Assembly (NCBI GenBank): GCA_011049175.1
Contig: DSCJ01000133.1
Span: 8,016 to 72,015 of the forward strand
Direction of reading: 5' to 3'
DNA from: Bacteroidota bacterium
GTDB taxonomy: Bacteria; Bacteroidota; Bacteroidia; Bacteroidales; VadinHA17
DNA: 64,000 bases
Numbering within the stretch: the stretch's first letter is position 1; each line of letters opens with the position of its first letter. Positions 58,646-64,000 of the stretch are shown piece by piece. The notes under the pieces were generated by a model. That model was not told the DNA's origin and did not search any database. It was given only the letters and a program-made list of their open reading frames with translations. The position numbers were made by a program, and so were the translations under genes.

Positions 58646-59941
58646 TTAAAAGAACAGCCGGGTGATCCTGTCCGCTACCTCCCGGGGATCGGGATTGATA
58701 TCAAAAACCTCGCTGGGTTTGAGGTAGTATAATTCCTTTTCCCGCATAAATTTTCCTTCTCCCCCGCCTGTTATATTGAGCATAACGCAGGAATTCTTTT
58801 TTACCAGGCCATCTTTCACCGCTTTCATCAGGGTAGCCACAGCCACACCTGCCGCAGGATGCAGATCGATGCCTTCGGTTTCCTCAAACAATTTACCGGC
58901 AGCCAGAGCCTCCTCGTTGGTAGCAGCCATGACATGGCCTCCCGCATCCATCATGGCATCGTACAACCCACCGGCCATGTGATAATTGGGACGGCGGTTC
59001 GACAATACTTTGGCGATAATAGCCTCTGCCTGGCTGCGGGCTTCTTCATCATCCATGGGCAGCATGGTCCGGGACCCGGCTTCCCAGGCATGGCGAATGG
59101 GTACAAAGGGATAATTCTGGGATACGATAAGTTTCATTTTCCCCTTTCCAAAGCGTCCGTCCTCCAGTAAGCGCAGGTTGGCCTCCCAGGCAGCGATAGC
59201 TCCCGTACCACTCCCGATGGCCTGGAAATAAAAGTCAGGAATACGCCCCATGGCGGTAACGGCCGAAAGAACCGTGGTACCCATTCCATCACGCCGGGCC
59301 ACATTTTTGGCTCCCCCCTCGGGAATAAAACCTGGAACCTTTGAGGCAATGGACGACAGGTGGATGGAGTCAAAATAGTCGCTTCCCGAACGGCTCACGG
59401 CCAACTTGACGGAATCATTCAATGGCCTGTCAAACCACAGACAATCAATATAATCTTCCGGCACGAAAAGCAGCAGGGGGATATGGTTATCCGAACAAAC
59501 CCTGGCAAACGAACGGGCCGTGTTACCGGCCGATGCCACCACCAGCACCTTCTCGGAACCGGGATCCATCCTGCCGCAAACGGAATACGCTTCGGTTTCC
59601 TTGAATGAGCAGGTCATCATCATCGCTCCCCTTTCAGGCCAGTAACCGCTGAAGGTAATCCAGAGGTCGTTCATTCCCAGCCTGCCGGCCAGCGCTTCAC
59701 TTTTGTAAGTTACAGGTGCGGAAGATCCCTCCAACATTCGTTTCACTGGTAACCAGCCGGAAAACCTGTAAAACCCCCACTCCTCAGAACCTGGTTCCAG
59801 CTGTTTCTTCTCATAAAGGGCACGGATCAGTGTGGGTTCTTTCTCTCCCGGAGCTTCCAGTGTCCAGCCTTCATCGTCGAAAATCTTACCGGAAGCCACC
59901 GATTGCAATCTGTACAGGGTAGGTGTGAATGTTTCTGTCAT
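58646..59941 (-). CDS. Cysteate synthase (PLP, threonine synthase-like fold)
   Basis: TCSFKETEA (PLP Lys), VASAGNTA, EGGAKNVARRDGMGT, YFQAIGSGTG, LSNR.P.Y, LNITGGG; -7 box TATTTTTG at 59962-59969. Confidence 0.85.
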   Translation of the reverse strand: MTETFTPTLYRLQSVASGKIFDDEGWTLEAPGEKEPTLIRALYEKKQLEPGSEEWGFYRFSGWLPVKRMLEGSSAPVTYKSEALAGRLGMNDLWITFSGYWPERGAMMMTCSFKETEAYSVCGRMDPGSEKVLVVASAGNTARSFARVCSDNHIPLLLFVPEDYIDCLWFDRPLNDSVKLAVSRSGSDYFDSIHLSSIASKVPGFIPEGGAKNVARRDGMGTTVLSAVTAMGRIPDFYFQAIGSGTGAIAAWEANLRLLEDGRFGKGKMKLIVSQNYPFVPIRHAWEAGSRTMLPMDDEEARSQAEAIIAKVLSNRRPNYHMAGGLYDAMMDAGGHVMAATNEEALAAGKLFEETEGIDLHPAAGVAVATLMKAVKDGLVKKNSCVMLNITGGGEGKFMREKELYYLKPSEVFDINPDPREVADRITRLFF

Positions 59942-60045
59942 AATGTCTGGGGATTGAGGAGCAAAAATAATGATTTCTGCGGGCTGACAAAACGGGGTTT
60001 TCTTTTCTCCGGAAATATAGTAAATTGACCTTCAAAAGTCCGGCC

Positions 60046-62031
60046 ATGAAAAATATCCTGTTACTTCTTTTTTTTCTTACAGTCACTCAGGCAATTTACG
60101 GGCAGGCGGCTCTCAGCCCGCGCATTGCCAGTTACGACATCCGCGTTGAACTCGACACGGAAAAGCATGTTCTGACAGGAACTGCCCTCCTGAACTGGAC
60201 AAATCCCTCGGCCGACACGGTAGGTGAACTCCGGTTCCATCTCTACATGAACGCATTCAAAAATTCCCGGTCAACTTTTATGAAAGAATCCGGCTCACGC
60301 TTCAGGGGTACGAAAGCGAAAGAGGATCCGGAAGCATGGGGATGGATCGATATCACACGTTTGAGCCTGCCCGGCGGCGCCGATCTCACATCTTCTATCC
60401 GGTATATCCAGCCCGACGACGGGAATCCTTTCGACCAGACCGTGATCAGCGTGCCGCTCACCGAACCGGTGTTCCCCGGAAAAAAGCTCAGGGCAGAAAT
60501 CGATTTTACCACCAAACTCCCGAAAATCCTGGCCCGCACAGGGTACAGCGGCGATTTTTACCTGGTGGCACAATGGTTCCCCAAACTGGGGGTATATGAA
60601 CCGGCCGGCATGCGGGGCAACGAAAAAGGAAGGTGGAACTGCCACCAGTTTCATGCAAATTCCGAATTCTACGCCGATTTTGGGGTATACCGGGTCAGTA
60701 TAACCCTCCCTCCTGAATACAGGGTGGGCGCTACCGGAGTAAGGATCGATTCGGTGATGAACGCCGACAGCAACCAGGTACTGACTTATCTGGCCGAAGA
60801 CGTAGTGGATTTTGCCTGGACGGCTTCCCCCCGTTTTGAAGTGTTCAACGACCGGTGGAACCAAGTTTCCGTACACCTGATGATACAGCCCGAAAATGCC
60901 GGCCAGGCCGGACGCTACCTCCACGCTGTGAAATCGGCCATGGATTATTTCGCCGAAGCACTGGAGCCATACCCCTACCCTTCCATTACGGTGGTTGACC
61001 CTCCCCTTCACGGAATACAGGCAGGAGGCATGGAATACCCCATGTTCATCACAGCAGGTACGGTGGCAGGAATGCCCGAAAGGGTAAGGATTCCTGAATC
61101 ACTCACCATCCATGAATTCGGGCACAATTATTTCATGGGGATACTGGCTACCCATGAAGGGGAGGAGGCCTGGATGGACGAGGGAATGAACAGCTATTTC
61201 GAATCGAAGATCATGGACCATGTGTACGGAGAACAACGCAGCGTATATGATTTTCCCCGGTTCCATGCTGGAAGCGCTGAGAACCAGCGACTGGGATACA
61301 CCGGAATGAGCAATCCCCGGATCGCTCCTCCTGCCCGGTTCTCCTGGGAATTCCCCCACGGAGGTTACAGTCCCCTTTCATACAACAAAGCGGCCACCCT
61401 GCTTTTTACCCTGGAAAACCTTGTTGGCCGGCCCACCATGCAGGAAATCATGAAAACCTATTACCGGCTGTGGAAATTCAAACATCCGTGCGGGCAGGAT
61501 TTCATTCACGTGGTCAATGAGGTGGTAAGGAAAAACCACGGCACCCGCTTTGGAGAGAATATGAACTGGTTTTTCGACCAGGTATTGTTCGGCTCGGGGA
61601 TATGCGATTATAAGATGGCTTCCGTTCATGTGAACCGTATCCGGCCTCCTGCAGGAATAGAAGAAGTGGGTGAAAACAAGGTGACCTACCGGAATATAGA
61701 ATACTCGGAGGAATTGTATGAAAACCGGGTGATCATTCACCGGCTGGGAGATGTGGTCATGCCTCTGGAGGTAAAAATAGATTTCGACGACGGTTCATCG
61801 GTAACGGAATACTGGGACGGAAAAGAGGAAACCTGGGAATACAGGCACGAAGGAACCCGGAGAGTGGTGCGGGCAGTGCTTGACCCGGAAAACAAAATCC
61901 TTCTCGACCTGAACCGGCAGAATAACAGCTACACCCTGCAACCGCGGCAGGGAACCATCAGGAACTGGGCTGTGAACTTTCTGTTCATACTCCAGCACCT
62001 GTTTCATATAATGGCCATTTTCCTGGCATAA
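60046..62031 (+). CDS. M1 family zinc aminopeptidase, exported, with C-terminal hydrophobic tail
   Basis: QWFPK, GGMEYP, HEFGH.YF...E..EAWMDEG, Y.K. Confidence 0.92.
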   Translation: MKNILLLLFFLTVTQAIYGQAALSPRIASYDIRVELDTEKHVLTGTALLNWTNPSADTVGELRFHLYMNAFKNSRSTFMKESGSRFRGTKAKEDPEAWGWIDITRLSLPGGADLTSSIRYIQPDDGNPFDQTVISVPLTEPVFPGKKLRAEIDFTTKLPKILARTGYSGDFYLVAQWFPKLGVYEPAGMRGNEKGRWNCHQFHANSEFYADFGVYRVSITLPPEYRVGATGVRIDSVMNADSNQVLTYLAEDVVDFAWTASPRFEVFNDRWNQVSVHLMIQPENAGQAGRYLHAVKSAMDYFAEALEPYPYPSITVVDPPLHGIQAGGMEYPMFITAGTVAGMPERVRIPESLTIHEFGHNYFMGILATHEGEEAWMDEGMNSYFESKIMDHVYGEQRSVYDFPRFHAGSAENQRLGYTGMSNPRIAPPARFSWEFPHGGYSPLSYNKAATLLFTLENLVGRPTMQEIMKTYYRLWKFKHPCGQDFIHVVNEVVRKNHGTRFGENMNWFFDQVLFGSGICDYKMASVHVNRIRPPAGIEEVGENKVTYRNIEYSEELYENRVIIHRLGDVVMPLEVKIDFDDGSSVTEYWDGKEETWEYRHEGTRRVVRAVLDPENKILLDLNRQNNSYTLQPRQGTIRNWAVNFLFILQHLFHIMAIFLA

Positions 62032-62049
62032 CCTTCATAAGATCCAGCC

Positions 62050-62931
62050 ATGAACATTGTAAAAATTTATCTCCGTGGAGCCAACTTCAGTATTCGCAGC
62101 TGGCAGCTTGTTACCCTGCTGTACCTGGTTCATACCCTGCTCAGCCTGGTGCTGGTCCTGCCTTTTTATTCCGCTATGAAGGATACCATTGGACCCTCGA
62201 TGGCTCTTGAAAATTTTCATAAAAGTTTTCAATTCACGGCATGGACAGAATTTACACGGGATTTTTCTCAGAAAATGCAGGTCTTTGCCGGAATCATCGG
62301 GTATGCTCTTCTGTTTTCCCTGTTTGTTCAGGTTTTTCTGAAGGGAGGAATCCTGGCCATGATCCGTGAAGATTATGCACGGTTCACCATAAAACGGTTT
62401 GCCGAAGCATGCGGAATATGGTTCATGCGATTCCTGCAGGTCAGTCTCATGGTTTTGCTATTGCATCTTGTTCTGGCTTTTCTGATATGGTTGCCCGCAT
62501 CCCTGATACTGCAACACCAGTTCACCCTTACACTCACCGGCCAGTCATTGATCCGCACGGCCCTTATCGCTCTGACCCTGCACTTTGTGCTCGGCTCACT
62601 GGTTTTTCTCTTCGGAGAATATACCAGATACATTCTTTTCGTTTCAGGAACAAAAGGAGTGTTCCGTGCTTTCCGGAAAGCCGTGGTGCTGGTCCTGAAA
62701 AAGATATACCTCGTTTATCCGCTCTTCCTGTTGCTCCTTGTAAACGGCATACTTCTTTCTCTGGCCTGGTTTTTCCTTCAAAAAGTTACGGGTTTCGGAA
62801 CCGGCTTTACCCTGCTGTTCCTGGTTCTTATGCAGCAGGCGGTTTTCTGGCTCAGGAATATGCTACGCCTGTGGCTCACTGCCAGCCAGTTTTATCTGTA
62901 CAGTAAATTCCCTACCCCATTGATAACCTGA
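62050..62931 (+). CDS. Hypothetical multi-pass membrane protein
   Basis: About 6 hydrophobic segments; 18 nt after the M1 gene. Confidence 0.7.
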   Translation: MNIVKIYLRGANFSIRSWQLVTLLYLVHTLLSLVLVLPFYSAMKDTIGPSMALENFHKSFQFTAWTEFTRDFSQKMQVFAGIIGYALLFSLFVQVFLKGGILAMIREDYARFTIKRFAEACGIWFMRFLQVSLMVLLLHLVLAFLIWLPASLILQHQFTLTLTGQSLIRTALIALTLHFVLGSLVFLFGEYTRYILFVSGTKGVFRAFRKAVVLVLKKIYLVYPLFLLLLVNGILLSLAWFFLQKVTGFGTGFTLLFLVLMQQAVFWLRNMLRLWLTASQFYLYSKFPTPLIT

Positions 62932-62972
62932 AACATGCCGACTGAGGAATAGCCGGCAATAAAAAAAATAAC

Positions 62973-62980
62973 TACCTTTG
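62973..62980 (+). promoter_or_regulatory. -7 box TACCTTTG, 4 nt before ATG 62985
   Basis: TAnnTTTG match. Confidence 0.55.
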
Positions 62981-62984
62981 GGTT

Positions 62985-64000
62985 ATGCGCAAGGGCCTGA
63001 TCATAACCCTGGGATGGTTATTCTGTATTTTCTCCTGGCCGGATGTGCTGAAAGCACAGCTTGGCAATCCGTTTATTGCCCAGCCCAAGCTGCCGCCCGA
63101 TATAACCCCGGAAAACTACAGCATTATTCAGGACCCTGACGGGGTAATGCTTTTCGCCAACCGGCAGGGAACGCTTTCCTATAATGGCATTGAATGGAAG
63201 TATCTGGATTTGCCTGTCGTACCCTCCGTTCTGTATCTGGAACCTGAAAACCGGCAGGTATATCTCGGATCGGCCAGCAGTTACGGACGCCTTGCCAGAA
63301 CGGGAAACCAGCCGTACCGGTATGAAGAGCTGTCAGGCGATTTTTCGGAAATAGGCCATATCGTCGAGATCCAGTCAAATACCACCCATATTTATTTCAT
63401 GAGTTCCGAAACCCTTTCGGAAATCAGCCTGGAAGATCCCGGACACAAGAAAATCTGGAGGGCCGCCCCGGGACAGGTTTTCGACGGGCTGCTGGTTCAC
63501 TCAAACGGCTTCCTGCTCCACATCAGGCATCAGGGTTTCTTCCATACCCGGTCTGACAGCCTCGTCCGTTTTCCCGACGAATACGGGTTCGATTCCACCT
63601 CCCCTGCAGCAGTATTTCCATCCAGCCATAACGAATGGACCCTGTGTACCCGGGAAAATCAGATATACTTCTTTGATGGGGAAAATTTCAGGCTGTTTAA
63701 GCCCGAAGACCAGGATTATCTCAGCAGCAATATCATCTCATGCGGCCTCTCCCTGCCTGGCAAACAGATGGTTATAGGCACCTATACCGGAGGGTGTATG
63801 ATCATTGACCGGAATACCGGGGAAACGAACTATCTGTTCAATTACCGAAACGGTCTCCCCGAGGACGAGATCCTGGCCATGGGTACCGACAGAAATCAGG
63901 GTTTATGGCTGGCACAGGAGGTGGGGCTGAGCAGGGTTGATTTTTCCTTTCCTGTAAGGAATTTCAACATATATCCCGGTTTGGAAGGAAACCTCCATAC
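62985..64000 (+). CDS. Periplasmic beta-propeller sensor-type protein (two-component regulator propeller-like), truncated by the window end
   Basis: Not in the ORF track. Manual translation gives MRKGLIITLGW..AQLGNPF..YSIIQDPDGVMLFANRQG..Y.G.EW near the start and GLPEDEILAMGTDRNQGLWLA..GLSRVD near the end. Confidence 0.8.
   Translation, partial: MRKGLIITLGWLFCIFSWPDVLKAQLGNPFIAQPKLPPDITPENYSIIQDPDGVMLFANRQGTLSYNGIEWKYLDLPVVPSVLYLEPENRQVYLGSASSYGRLARTGNQPYRYEELSGDFSEIGHIVEIQSNTTHIYFMSSETLSEISLEDPGHKKIWRAAPGQVFDGLLVHSNGFLLHIRHQGFFHTRSDSLVRFPDEYGFDSTSPAAVFPSSHNEWTLCTRENQIYFFDGENFRLFKPEDQDYLSSNIISCGLSLPGKQMVIGTYTGGCMIIDRNTGETNYLFNYRNGLPEDEILAMGTDRNQGLWLAQEVGLSRVDFSFPVRNFNIYPGLEGNLH

Overview
64 kb of chromosomal backbone from a Bacteroidota bacterium, probably an anaerobic Bacteroidales/Marinilabiliales-like lineage. 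The evidence is many TAnnTTTG -7 promoter boxes, a T9SS type-B cargo protein, an S46 peptidase, and the gene orders rseC-rnfBCDGEA, relA-fur-purA and tsaD/tamB. It holds about 50 mostly housekeeping CDSs. I see no rRNA, tRNA, CRISPR array, transposase, integrase or phage genes. The main leads are: (1) a scattered sulfate->sulfite->cysteate gene set (CysP-like PiT-family permease tail-to-tail with a methanogen-type cysteate synthase and downstream of an acyl-CoA ligase and a PepSY-TM gene, plus an isolated Fe-S APS reductase next to an SDR and a TauE exporter), which suggests sulfonolipid or other cysteate-derived chemistry; (2) a ~235-nt highly structured non-coding element at 27350-27584, inside a small accessory-looking region with short tandem repeats over two stop codons; (3) a probable non-AUG (ATC) start for tamB; (4) tandem CLC-CBS paralogues with atypical selectivity residues and the same near-leaderless promoter geometry. 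All family calls come from motif recognition by eye. No database searches or folding programs were run.
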